A stretch of DNA of 64,000 bases from Eledone cirrhosa (Eukaryota), in NCBI GenBank assembly GCA_964016885.1, contig OZ024740.1:237336001-237400000 (forward strand), written 5' to 3'. Positions 26,866-40,231 of this stretch are shown here, piece after piece. The notes beneath the pieces were generated by a model that worked only from the letters and a program-made list of their open reading frames with translations, made no database searches and was not told the DNA's origin. Position 1 is the first letter of the stretch. Each line of letters begins with the position of its first letter. The position numbers and the translations under genes were made by a program.

Positions 26866-27110
26866 TCATCATCATCATCATGGCTTGGCTTTGTGAATGA
26901 AGATTATGAAGTGCGTGGTCCACATTGAGTGCAGGCACGCTCGTGACTGTTTAGGCCAATGCAGGACAGGCAGGCATGGACGCAGTGGCTGCAGCTGAAG
27001 GTCTGGTCAGTGTTTAATGACTTAAATGTTGTGGTACTTCCTCCTGTGCTTTTTGTCCTTGAGGGTGGCTCTGCAGGTATTTTCGAAGGAGGAGACAGCA
27101 TGCTCCATCA
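26866..27110 (-). mobile_element. RTE (BovB-like) 3' end with C2H2-type finger
   Basis: FSCSHCVHACLSCIGLNSHERAC followed by a (GAT)n tail. Confidence 0.7.
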
Positions 27111-27659
27111 ATCTTATTCTTGCTTTTCTGTTCTCTTCTTCTCTTCTCTCTCTCTATACCCGTCCCATTTTTCATCTCATGCTTTAGACTAGACTCTCTT
27201 TCTTCCTTTCTTTCCCCCTCTCCGTTCAATATGAGGTTATATCTTAACCTGACTTTTACTATACATATAGTATTCAGCTGTTTACAGCTATCCTTCTTGT
27301 TGAGAATACAACAAAATTTTATGAAAATTCATGTATACTCATCGCTTCAAACCTTTTCAATTAATGTTTGCATGTATAATATATATATATATATACAGTA
27401 TATATAGTCCTATATGAGCGAGACACGGTCACCCGACCAACCTTGCCTCAAGTGGGACAACTCCCGTCTAACCCATGCTAGCGTGGAAAATGGACGTTAA
27501 ACGAAGATGATGATGATGATGATGATGGTGGTGGTGGCGGCGGCGGCGGGCGGCGGTGGTGGTGGTGCAGTGATTCAAAAACTCCATCAGTAGCTACAGG
27601 TCCATACATACACAGAACAATTGTGTAGGGGGTTAGTGCAGCAATACTCCATAATCCAT

Positions 27660-27848
27660 AATAATTGTTTCTACTTTAGGCACAAGGCCAGCAATCACCC
27701 AGTGCATTACTGGTACTTTATTTTATCGACCCCGTAAGGATGAAAGGCAAAGTTAACCTCGGCGGGATTTGAACTCAGACCGTAAAGGGACGTAACTATG
27801 CTGGAAAGCATGGCGTCCGACTCTCTACCGATACTGCCAACCCACCGT
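27660..27848 (-). mobile_element. Meta-like SINE, young
   Basis: Near-consensus copy with tccataatcca TSD. Confidence 0.9.
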
Positions 27849-28064
27849 CCATAATCCACAATAGTGGTTCCTCACATTGGAATAAAAGGTAGAATGTAAT
27901 CAATTGAATTTAACTAAATATATTACCTGTTCTTATTTTATCAACTCTAGAGTGATGAATAACCAAATCAACTCCACTAAGGTTTGAACTCAGAATATAA
28001 AAGTTTTTTAGCTTAGTTTTCTACCATTTATGATACATACTTCTCTAGCTTCAGTATACACTGA

Positions 28065-28270
28065 TGTAGTAGTAGTAGTAGCAGCAGTAATAGTAGTAGT
28101 AGTAATAGTAGTAGAGGTAGTAGTTGTAACTATTGTTCCAGCAACAGTAGTAGTAGTAGTAGTAGTAGTAATATTAGTAGTTGTAGTAGTTGCAGCAGTA
28201 TTAGTATTATTATTAGTAGTAGTAGTAGTGGTGGTGGTGGTGACAGTAGTAGTAGTGGTTGTAGTGTAGA
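28065..28270. repeat. (GTA)n trinucleotide repeat
   Basis: Read directly from the sequence. Confidence 0.9.
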
Positions 28271-28879
28271 TGATGATAATTTTCCTCTCCAACTTCGAGT
28301 AATTAGAATAAAAAATTAAATTGTTAATTGTTTTATCTCTCGTCTTTCAAAGTCTCAATTGGTTCTTGATTGAAATTGTGAGGAAAATTGTTTATCTATC
28401 AACTTAAGTAATATCTAGCACCATCACTGTCATCATTATCATCATTATGACAGTGTCATCTTCACCAGAATCACTTAATTCATTACTATCATTTTTCATT
28501 CTCATCATTGACATTACCTACATCATCATCATCATCATCATCAGCAACACAATCTTTCTTCCCAGATCTCAATTATACATTATTCCTGTAAAGTTAACAG
28601 GCTATTGTAAATATAGTTTGGCGATACTGTAAATTGAGGTAAAGTTTTCATAATTATTCCTATAAACTGTCCACTTATATGGTTCACTGCATCATTATTG
28701 GAACTATAAAAGAATTGTTCTAATCACAGAGTCGTTAGTGTTTATTCCACTAATTACAGAAATTTTAATCTAAATTTCACTAATTACTAAATGATTAATG
28801 TTTATTTTACTAATTGCTTAATGATTAGTCTGTATCTTACTTATTGCTAAATGCTTAGGGTTTATTTTACTAATTACTG

Positions 28880-29310
28880 AACCCTTTTGGTGCCAAACCA
28901 CCTGAAACTGCTTTTGGTTGTATGTTATAAAACTGTTTATTTTAAAGTGACTTTATTCATTTAAAAACCTCCCATCATAATTCTATGTTAGAATCTTATG
29001 TTCCAAATGACAGCTGACAGCTTAACCCTTTAGCATTTAGATTACTCTATATTTGCTATTGTATTTTCACAGTAAAGGCTTAATCCCCCATAATTATCTC
29101 ACATAATATCGAATCTATGAGATTTTGGTATTATTTATTTTGAGAACTATACCTTAACGTCAGTATGAGTGGCCGGTTATGACCGGTTTGAACAGAAAGA
29201 GGTGAGAGAATTATGACCAGATATGGCTGGTTTAAATGCTAAAGGGTTAAAACTTATTTGAAACTTATTGGTAGTGTCTTTCAATAGAACTATAGTAACA
29301 AAAGAGTTAA
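28880..29310 (+). mobile_element. MITE family B containing a nested family A MITE (29022-29250)
   Basis: Outer aacccttttggtgcc...aacaaaagagttaa; inner TTAA-flanked CCCTTTAGCATT TIRs. Confidence 0.8.
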
Positions 29311-29336
29311 TTGTTAACCTTTATTTCACTAATTAC

Positions 29337-29860
29337 TTAACACTTTTGATACCAACACCACCTGAAATGGTCCATGGTTCTTACAGTACAAAACTCTTAA
29401 TTTGAAAGTGTTTGTACAGTATCTATCTAAAAACCTTCTTCTTCTTTGCCCACTTACTCCTGAGAGGGTTAGGGGGGAGAGTTCTCAAACACTCCTTCCA
29501 GCGGGTCTTGTAAGAAGCAACCATGACCAGCCAAGCTCATGGATGTTATCCAACTATCTTGCTCGAGGTCTCCTTCTGGATCTCTTGCCAGTTGGTTTTT
29601 GCCCATAAAATCTGCCCAGTGATTGTTTCCTGAGACATTCTAACCATATGGCTATAGGATTGGAGCTGTGATCTCCCAATCCAGATAATTGGTAAAAACC
29701 TTCCATCATAATTTTATCTAAGAACCTTTTTTAAGTCATGCTGCAAGCACCAAGTTAATAATGGGAAAGTTAAATCCATCCCAATTGTTGATTAAAAGAA
29801 GAATATTTGAAAATCGTAAGCAGTGTCTTTAATTAGAAATATGGTAATAAGAGAGTTAAT
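29337..29860 (+). mobile_element. MITE family B interrupted by a minus-strand RTE 3' fragment (29435-29690)
   Basis: ttaacacttttgatacc...gtaataagagagttaa. The insert is homologous to 20748-21030 and is flanked by a duplicated taaaaaccttc. Confidence 0.7.
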
Positions 29861-30439
29861 TGTTAATCTATATTTCATTAGTTTCTGCAGAATTAATATT
29901 TATGAATGGTTAGAGTATATTTCACTAATTACTGAATGGTTAATGTATATGTCACTAATTACTGAATGGTTAGTATGTGTCACTAATTACTCAATAGTTG
30001 GTGTATTTCACTAATTACTCAATAGTTAGTAGTGTATATTTCACTAATTACTCAATAGTTAGTGTATATGTCACTAATTACTCAGTAGTTAGTATATTTC
30101 ACTAATTACTCAATAGTCAGAGTTTATTTCTCAATAACCTAATTGTTAAATGTTAATCATTTCTTATAACCACAGTTACTCCTCTTCTATTAACTTTGTT
30201 GTTATTCTTGTCTGTTCTTACAGCTATTGTCTGAGGTAGATGTATGTATGTGTATGTCTATATGAGCATGTGCATGTCATACTTTGAACTGTACCTTGCT
30301 TTCAGCCGTACAAAACATTTCAGTAACCCTTTCATTTCCAACACACGATAATCACAATCAGCATCACTAGCAGTACCTCCCCCATTGACAATGGAAGGGT
30401 GTGCCCTAGAAATACCAAAATCTCTTTCACATCACATCC

Positions 30440-33400
30440 TATCAGTGTAGCATAGTGTGGCTGTGAGGACATGTTGTGTGGTGATGTAGAGTGGCAGTGA
30501 GGATATGTTATGTGGTGATGTAGTGTGGCAGTAAGGACATGTTGTGTGGAGTGTAGTGTGGTGGTGTAGTGTGGCTGTGAGGACATGTGTGGGATGTAGT
30601 GTGGTGATGTGAAAGTAAAGATATGTTGATTTGGTTGTGGTATAACATTGAGGACATGTGTGGTGGTGGAGTGTAACTGTGTGTACATGTTTTGTGTAGT
30701 AGTGTGGATATGTTGTATGGTGTGTAGTAGTGTGGATATGTTGTGTGGTGTGTAGTAGTGTGGATATGTTGTGTGGTGTGTAGTAGTGTGGATATGTTGT
30801 ATGGTGTGTAGTAGTGTGGATATGTTGTATGGTGTGTAGTAGTGTGGATATGTTGTATGGTGTGTAGTAGTGTGGATATGTTGTATGGTGTGTAGTAGTG
30901 TGGATATGTTGTGTGGTGTGTAGTAGTGTGGATATGTTGTATGGTGTGTAGTAGTGTGGATATGTTGTATGGTGTGCAGTAGTGTGGATATGTTGTGTGG
31001 TGTGTAGTAGTGTGGATATGTTGTGTGGTGTGTAGTAGTGTGGATATGTTGTATGGTGTGCAGTAGTGTGGATATGTTGTATGGTGTGTAGTAGTGTGGA
31101 TATGTTGTATGGTGTGTAGTACTGTGGATATATTGTATGGTGTGTAGTAGTGTGGATATGTTGTATGGTGTGCAGTAGTGTGGATATGTTGTATGGTGTG
31201 TAGTACTGTGGATATATTGTATGGTGTGTAGTAGTGTGGATATGTTGTATGGTGTGTAGTAGTGTGGATATGTTGTATGGTGTGTAGTAGTGTGGATATG
31301 TTGTATGGTGTGTAGTACTGTGGATATATTGTATGGTGTGTAGTAGTGTGGATATGTTGTATGGTGTGTAGTAGTGTGGATATGTTGTGTGGTGTGTAGT
31401 AGTGTGGATATGTTGTATGGTGTGTAGTAGTGTGGATATGTTGTATGGTGTGTAGTAGTGTGGATATGTTGTATGGTGTGTAGTAGTGTGGATATATTGT
31501 ATGGTGTGTAGTAGTGTGGATATGTTGTATGGTGTGTAGTAGTGTGGATATGTTGTGTGGTGTGTAGTAGTGTGGATATGTTGTGTGGTGTGTAGTAGTG
31601 TGGATATGTTGTGTGGTGTGCAGTAGTGTGGATATGTTGTGTGGTGTGTAGTAGTGTGGATATGTTGTATGGTGTGTAGTAGTGTGGATATGTTGTGTGG
31701 TGTGTAGTAGTGTGGATATGTTGTGTGGTGTGTAGTAGTGTGGATATGTTGTGTGGTGTGCAGTAGTGTGGATATGTTGTATGGTGTGTAGTAGTGTGGA
31801 TATGTTGTATGGTGTGTAGTACTGTGGATATGTTGTATGGTGTGTAGTAGTGTGGATATGTTGTATGGTGTGTAGTACTGTGGATATGTTGTATGGTGTG
31901 TAGTAGTGTGGATATGTTGTATGGTGTGTAGTAGTGTGGATATGTTGTATGGTGTGTAGTAGTGTGGATATGTTGTGTGGTGTGTAGTAGTGTGGATATG
32001 TTGTATGGTGTGTAGTAGTGTGGATATATTGTATGGTGTGTAGTAGTGTGGATATGTTGTATGGTGTGTAGTAGTGTGGATATGTTGTATGGTGTGTAGT
32101 AGTGTGGATATGTTGTATGGTGTGTAGTAGTGTGGATATGTTGTGTGGTGTGTAGTAGTGTGGATATGTTGTATGGTGTGTAGTAGTGTGGATATATTGT
32201 ATGGTGTGTAGTAGTGTGGATATGTTGTATGGTGTGTAGTAGTGTGGATATGTTGTATGGTGTGTAGTAGTGTGGATATGTTGTATGGTGTGTAGTAGTG
32301 TGGATATGTTGTATGGTGTGTAGTAGTGTGGATATGTTGTATGGTGTGTAGTAGTGTGGATATGTTGTGTGGTGTGTAGTAGTGTGGATATGTTGTGTGG
32401 TGTGTAGTAGTGTGGATATGTTGTATGGTGTGTAGTAGTGTGGATATGTTGTATGGTGTGTAGTACTGTGGATATATTGTATGGTGTGTAGTAGTGTGGA
32501 TATGTTGTATGGTGTGTAGTAGTGTGGATATGTTGTATGGTGTGTAGTACTGTGGATATATTGTATGGTGTGTAGTAGTGTGGATATGTTGTATGGTGTG
32601 TAGTAGTGTGGGTATGTTGTATGGTGTGTAGTAGTGTGGATATGTTGTATGGTGTGTAGTAGTGTGGATATGTTGTATGGTGTGTAGTACTGTGGATATA
32701 TTGTATGGTGTGTAGTAGTGTGGATATGTTGTATGGTGTGTAGTAGTGTGGATATGTTGTATGGTGTGTAGTAGTGTGGATATGTTGTATGGTGTGTAGT
32801 AGTGTGGATATGTTGTATGGTGTGTAGTAGTGTGGATATGTTGTATGGTGTGTAGTAGTGTGGATATATTGTATGGTGTGTAGTAGTGTGGATATGTTGT
32901 GTGGTGTGTAGTAGTGTGGATATGTTGTATGGTGTGTAGTAGTGTGGATATGTTGTGTGGTGTGTAGTAGTGTGGATATGTTGTATGGTGTGTAGTAGTG
33001 TGGATATGTTGTATGGTGTGTAGTAGTGTGGATATGTTGTATGGTGTGTAGTACTGTGGATATATTGTATGGTGTGTAGTAGTGTGGATATGTTGTGTGG
33101 TGTGTAGTAGTGTGGATATGTTGTATGGTGTGTAGTAGTGTGGATATGTTGTGTGGTGTGTAGTAGTGTAGATATGTTGTATGGTGTGTAGTAGTGTGGA
33201 TATGTTGTATGGTGTGTAGTAGTGTGGATATGTTGTATGGTGTGTAGTAGTGTGGATATGTTGTGTGGTGTGTAGTAGTGTGGATATGTTGTGTGGTGTG
33301 TAGTAGTGAGGATATGATGTATGGTGTGTAGTAGTTTGGATGTGTTGTGTTGTGTGGTGTGTAGTAGTTTGGATATGTTGTGTAGTAGTGTGGATATGTT

Positions 33401-34000
33401 GTGTGGTGTGTAGTAGTGTGGATATGTTGTGTGGTGTGTAGTAGTGAGGATATGTTGTATGGTGTGTAGTAGTGAGGATATGTTGTGTGGTGTGTAGTAG
33501 TGTGGATATGTTGTGTGGTGTGTAGTAGTTTGGATGTGTAGTGTTGTGTGGTGTGTAATAGTGTGGATATGTTGTGTTGTGTGGTGTGTAGTAGTTTGGA
33601 TGTGTTGTGTGGTGTGTAGTAGTGTGGATATGTTGTGTGGTGTGTAGTAGTGTGGATATGTTGTATGGTGTGTAGTAGTTTGGATGTGTAGTGTTGTGTG
33701 GTGTGTAGTAGTTTGGATATGTTGTGTTGTGTGGTGTGTAGTAGTTTGGATATGTTGTGTTATATATAGTGTGGCAGTGAGAATATGTTGGCTAGTGTGG
33801 CATAGTGTAGGCATATTGTGTAGCATGGTAATGTGACTATATTGTGTTGGATATTGTGTGGTAGTGTGGATATATTGTGTGTAGAAGTGTGGATATGGTG
33901 TGTAGTGTGGTATATATTGTATTGAGTGTAGTGCAACATTGAGAATATGTTGTGTAGTGTGGACTTGTGTTGGATTGAGTGTGGTGTGGTAGTGTAGACA
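30440..34000. repeat. 28-bp minisatellite (tgtgtagtagtgtggatatgttgtRtgg)n, ~90 homogeneous units at 30690-33300 with degenerate flanks
   Basis: Read directly from the sequence. Confidence 0.97.
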
Positions 34001-34750
34001 TGATGGGTTTAACAGTGGGGACATATTTACATAATATCACTTACACTTACTACATTCACTGATTGTATTGTTAATTTTTCAGCTATTTGTTGTAATTCCC
34101 CAATAATTCTATAATCTCTTTAAACATTATATATATATATACACACACACACACCACACGCACACACACACACCACACGCACACACACCACACGCACACA
34201 CACACACCACACACACTAATAGGATGTTTAGTTATTTTTTTTTTATATTTTATCTAACTAATCGAAATGAGAAAGCAATTAGAAGGATTAAAATTATAAT
34301 CAATTCAAAGAAATATTTTGTAAAGAGATTACCATATTAAGGAACTTAACAGAGTTGTTTCAACATTACTGATTCCAACAGATATGGTTTTATATTGTTT
34401 GTGAAGTTATTTTTTTTTATTAAAAATCATCAAAGTTAAACTAATATCAGAACATCAATTATTAAATGGAAGTTAAACAACAATTTTATATGGTTGAAAA
34501 CATTAGAGAATTTATCTTTTGAAGTCTATCAAATGGTCTGGAATTGATGGTGGTAGAGTGTTGGAGATAGCTTCTTGGTACCTCAGACGTTAATAGTTTT
34601 AAGGTTGGGTTAGAAGCTATTGTGTTAAATTCAAAATACTTTACTATGTCCAGCTATACTATAATACAAGTGGTGTGTATATAAAAACCATTAATCTGGA
34701 TACCTAAATATGGAATGTTACACAATGCCCCCCCCCCCCCCCCCCCCCCC

Positions 34751-34945
34751 CACAGCCTCGGAGGACAGGATGGAGAAGGCGTTCCCACAGAGGATGGCAA
34801 GGGAGACGCGCTGGAAAAGCCACTCCAACTCATGGGGTTCACACCTACGGCTGGCCAGCTCAGCGCCTATGGTGGTGAGTAGGGAGGTAGCCCTGGGGCC
34901 GAGGACACCAGGAGTCTCCACTGCCAGGAGTACAAAGACGTTATA
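34751..34945 (-). mobile_element. CRE-like retrotransposon C-terminal (REL endonuclease region) fragment
   Basis: FVLLAVETPGVLGPRATSLLTTIGAELA...EPHELEWLFQRVSLAILCGNAFSIL matches the F.P.A.ET.G..GP.A...FQR.S.AI..GNA C-terminus of CRE-clade proteins. Confidence 0.75.
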
Positions 34946-36471
34946 GCAGAACAGAGACAATCCCACATACTGAAAATAGCTGCAGTTATGCTGTGTGCTT
35001 GGGGAAATTTTTAACTATAAATAATTCAATGTGGTATATTGAGTGTCAGGCATGATTTAAGGAATAAATTGTGTTACTTTTTTGTAGAAATATTGAACCT
35101 CACAGATGAGATGATACAGGATTAAGACATATAAAAATAAGTATGCTCTATTGCAAATCTGTCCAAACTATATCACTACAGTAAAGCAGATGTTAACATG
35201 ATATTGTTGATGGTAATGATGGTGGGGGTTGTCATGGTGATGGGGGGAGGGGGTAGTAGTGGTTGCTGTTAGAGTTCGTAACAAAATCCATTACTATATA
35301 ACTTTTATGATAAACGTGGGAGTGAATGGTTTGTAAAATAATATTACTCACACTTGCTTGAGGGTTTTTTTTCTTCTCTGAAGACCTTCTGCTGTCCAGC
35401 TCTCATGAGAGTTTCTTATCACCTCATTTTGTAGTTATGTTAGAAGCAAGTTAAATGTGACATTAAATCAATACAAACCATGTGTCAGAAAAATTCCAAA
35501 TATTAGTTAGTCTGCTTGATCAGGGTTGACCCTGAGCTAACTAATAATAAGGAACAGTTTGGACAGTAGGAAAACATGTGATATTCCCAAATAGCCATAC
35601 TGCATTACATACAATAAACCATTGCATTTTGTAATGTGTAGTATGGTTGTCACTTATGTAGAGGCATGATGCATCCAGTGCAATGGATATACAGTCAGAT
35701 CAAATCCTTTGAGTGATGACTTATATGCCTCAGGTCTGCTTGATAGCCACGTAATAAGAACAACAATCATTTTTGTCTCTGGACAAAAAGGCAGACTTAA
35801 TAAAGTATGTGTAAGGAATGTGTTACTGAATGATTGTAGAAAAGAAGTAGAGGTGTCAGAGAAATGAAATAAGGATGATCCATTTGAGGTATAACGTTAA
35901 TTTACGTGAAATGTGGAACACAAGTTGACAAGGAGAGCAAGGTTGTCAGATTGAGCTAGTAGTAGCAGATTATGCTTCTTTTCAGGACCATAACTATTTC
36001 TTTTAATTTGTGGTTCTTATTACTGAAAAATTTTAATTTTTAAAAATAATCACATTGAATGTCATATCAAAGAGGTTTTGCTTCAGTACTGACCAGTCTA
36101 TAGGGGAAATTGATGTTAAATGATGAGAGAGACAAACACATTCACTTTAGATTGGGCTACTTTCTAACACAATCTGTTACTTTTTAGGAAATTGTTCTGG
36201 CAACCCTGTAGGATGGGCATAAAATTAGCTTTTTCCATCTTCTGTCCCTAATTCTAGTTCACTTATACCCAAGACTTCTGGCAATCTTACACAATCTCTC
36301 ATCAGCCTTCCTTTCTTACTCTCCACATCATCCCAACTCTTCAGTTCTTTTATTTTTTACTTGTTTACAACCAAATTGACAACACCACCTTCCCTTTTTC
36401 ATTCTTAGATAAACAGTAAGGATTCAAAACATTAAAGTGAACTTAAACTTTTTTTTGAAAACTTTCCTTTT

Positions 36472-36697
36472 TAACACTTTTGTAACCATATTTCTAATGA
36501 AATACACTCTATTTCAATTAATTTAAGAATTTTGAGAAGTTAGTATTAATTATTTCGTTACTAAGATAGTGACTTAATATATGGTTGTTATATAAAATTA
36601 TGCTGAAGAGTTTAATTTAAAAAGAAACTCTTTAAAATAGGTGGTTTTGTTTCATTGAACTGGGTTCTGTTTCATTCAGTTTGGTATCAAAAGGGTG
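36472..36697 (-). mobile_element. MITE family B
   Basis: ttaacacttttgtaaccata...ggtatcaaaagggt. Confidence 0.6.
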
Positions 36698-37299
36698 AGA
36701 TACATAAAAAAAACAAGTTGGCAGACTCATTAGAACATAGAATTAAACACCTTGTGGTATTCCAGCTCTCTGTGCTTTGAATTCGTTTCTCACAACTTGA
36801 CTTTTCATCTTCCCAAAGGTGATAACTAATGTGTTAGGCTCTATGGATTCTGAGTTCAAATCTTGCCTCCAGTCACTGGAAAAATGGTGACAAGTGTAAG
36901 TTATAAGAAAAACAACTATTAAAGATATTAGCTCATCTATGTAAGAGAAACTGGATGTTCTGGTATGGTCATGTGATGTGAATAGTTATGTGCTTTGAAC
37001 CAAGGAATATATGAAAAGTAATGGCATGGTTAAATCTCATTAACAGATGAGATGAGATAAGATAATAATAAATGGTGTCAGGTTGAAATGTGGAATTACA
37101 CTGCCATCTAACATTTGTACTCATTAAAAAATGGTTGTTAAATGAGGAGGAAAATTTTGATGGCAGCAGCAATCATTGTGGAAGTAATAATTAGAAGGCA
37201 TGTCATCCATACTAATACTAGTTAAAACACGAGTTTAACAATCCATTAGTCAGAAAAACAATGAAGGAAAACATGAAAACCTATTACTGTCTTTTCATT

Positions 37300-37641
37300 A
37301 TTATTAATTGTTCCTACGTTAGGCACAAGGCCAGCAATTACTCAGTGTATTACTGGTACTTTATTTTATCAACCCCGTAAGGATGAAAGGCAAAGTTAAC
37401 CTCGGCGGGATTTGAACTCATTATTAATGAGGAACAATCGTAGTAAGATTGGCAGTATCGGCAGAGTCGGACGCCATGCTTTTTAGCACAGAGTTACGCC
37501 CCTTTAAGGTCTGAGTTCAAATCCCGCCAAGGTTAACTTTGCCTTTCATCCTTACAGAGTCGATAAAATAATGTACCAGTAATACACTGGGATAATTGCC
37601 GGCCTTGTGCCAAAATTAGAAACAATTATTAATGAGGAACA
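37300..37641. mobile_element. Two Meta-like SINEs, head to head
   Basis: Minus-strand partial copy at 37300-37420; plus-strand copy at 37445-37630 with TSD attattaatgaggaaca. Confidence 0.85.
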
Positions 37642-38519
37642 TAGGCAATAAAGTATTTATGTCTATATGTGTGTGTGTGTGTATATATGTATTTTTATGT
37701 GCTTGTGTGTGTATGTGTAATAAATAAATAAATAGTTCTTGCGATGTGTAGTTAGATAAAATCCATCCTGATTGATTCTATGTTGAAACTAAAATAGAAA
37801 CAATACATTTAGTTAAAACGTGACTTCATCAAGGAAAGAGAATTTCAAAGGAAAACTAAAAAACAAATCAGAGATGTGTGGGTTGGGGGGGGGGGGGGGG
37901 GGGGGATGTCATTAATGAAAGTTTAGAGATTATATCTAGAAAAACATAAAATCTAGGGCTTATTGATGGAATAGGGCTGTTGAGGAAGAGAGGGAAGCTA
38001 TTTTATTAAACCTAACCCTTTGCTGTCATGCAAAAGGGACATTAAATTAGTGTTAATGATATTGGTAGTATTGATAGGAATATTACCAGTAACTGTGTTT
38101 CTGACAATGTTGATGATGATGATGATGACTTTGCTGGCGCAACCATTCAGAATAATGGCATTATTCCATACCATTTATTATTTTTTTTTGTTTTTGTAAA
38201 TTGCTTTAAAGACTACTGTTTATATGACTCATTTTGTTTCATAGTTGTATGCATAGTATGTGTACAGAATGTGTGTGTATGTATGTATGTATGTATGTAT
38301 ATATACACACACACATACATATATGTTTCACCTCAGCTTAGGTACCAGGTGATATAAATACAAAATATATTGGCAGAATATTAAAAGTAAATCTCGTTAA
38401 CTGAAAACACAAAAGGACATTGTTGTATTAGCAAGACAAGTTAAGATTATACATCGCTATATTATATATATGATATTTAATTGAAGCTGAAACTTCATGG
38501 ATATTCATTTCTTTATTAC

Positions 38520-38590
<71 letters not shown>

Positions 38591-39252
38591 TATATGTATA
38601 GTAGAAATAAAAATGCCCTTGGCACAGTAGAATATATTTGAAAACTATCAAGAATGATTTCCTGATGATTACTTTTCATCCTTTAATGATCATGATGGCT
38701 GTCCACTTGCAACTGAGGAAGACCACTGCTCTGTTTTGAAATTTTGGCTTTAATGAGGTTCATTAAAATTGAAACTTCAAAGTCATTCCCATTTTTGTTC
38801 TTTGATAAATAGAACCTATCCTCTATTCACATGTATTGAGTGCTCATTCACTTAATTTTTTATTGGTATGATTTTTTTTATTTTATGTATGTTTGTACAT
38901 AAAAACACCATGAACAAATCATCATCATCATCCATCTGCCTTCCATACTAGTATGTGTTGTATGGGTTGTCATGATTCGAGAGCAGATTGATCAGAGCAA
39001 CCTCATCTTGCTTATACATTTCATATTTGGTATTGATTCTATGGCTACATGCCCTTCCTAATGCCAACCACCACTTTACAAGGAATACTGGGTGTGTTTT
39101 ATGTGGCACCATCACTATCACCTTACAAGGTGTAGTAGATGCATTTTATCGTGACACCATTACTAAAGAAGTTTTCACTTGAATTTTGTCACATACACTA
39201 ACATTAGGCATCCGGCGAAGCATGCATGTTTCATTTCTTTTTCTTTCTTTAT

Positions 39253-39309
<57 letters not shown>

Positions 39310-39616
39310 TGCTTCACAACCAGCAACTTGTATCTCCCTTCCCTATACACCAATTCAATCTCTGTATCTCTCCTCTGTTCCACAGCTACCAACTATTTCA
39401 TCATATGCACACAACATGCGTGTACAACTAATTGAACAGATATTTAATGATTTCTCTTGAGAGTTTTACACATTGACTCATTATGAACTGTTTTGTGTGT
39501 TATAAGCTGTGATTTGTACATGAAGGTATATAATTAGTGTATACCTTTTTATTTAGTTGACATTTCTGACAATATATATTGATACTTTGGTATGTAAAAT
39601 TGTTTAATATTTAATG

Positions 39617-39986
39617 TTGTTAAAGGAATATTTTGTTTATTTCTTATGACTAAGAAAGAAGGTTTATGCCTGTAGTGTTAAGTTAGTAGTGGATATGTGA
39701 GTGTAAATGTTTATTTGATATGCAGGTGTGTATATATATATATATATAACACTGGTTGGTGTTAGGAAGGGCATCCAGCTGTAGAAATCAAGCCAGAATC
39801 AGTTCCCGTCCCACCCTTGCAAGCAGGGAAAAGTGGACGAGAAATGAAATGAACTGATAAATATATATATATGCACACCTGCATATCAAATAAACATTTA
39901 CACTCACATCGCCACTACTAACTAAATACTACAGGCATAAACCTTCTTTCTTAGTCATAAGAAATAAACAAAATATTCCTTTAACA
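39617..39986. repeat. Inverted repeat (~115-bp arms) around (TA)n-SINE-(TA)n
   Basis: 39617-39730 is the reverse complement of 39872-39986. The spacer holds an RTE-tailed SINE fragment at 39753-39855. Confidence 0.92.
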
Positions 39987-40165
39987 GCCTCATCCCTCTA
40001 AATCCATATATATATATATATATTATATATATATGTAAAGTTATATTTAAAATTGTTGGGTTACAACTAGTAAATATTTATAACTGATATAAAAGCACTC
40101 GACAAATATTTGGAGTATATTTACAATATTAAATAAATGGAAAACTATATTTATAAAACCATATT

Positions 40166-40231
40166 TATTTCATTATATATATTTCGGGGATATCATATTA
40201 ACAATATGCTATGCCTTCATCAGACAAAATA
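40166..40231 (-). ncRNA. Minimal type I hammerhead ribozyme (Penelope-type)
   Basis: Mirror copy of 40399-40464. Confidence 0.7.

Larger units (their letters stand above)
28735..30135. repeat. ~30-bp CACTAATTAC minisatellite interrupted by nested MITEs
   Basis: Units at 28735-28880, ~29311-29340 and 29910-30135, with insertions in between. Confidence 0.8.

Noticed and set aside
30332-34024. 1230-aa His/Thr/Tyr-rich ORF as a structural or metal-binding protein
   Set aside because: The DNA period is 28 bp, not a multiple of 3. The peptide cycles through the three frames of a stop-free minisatellite strand, so it is most likely an artefact
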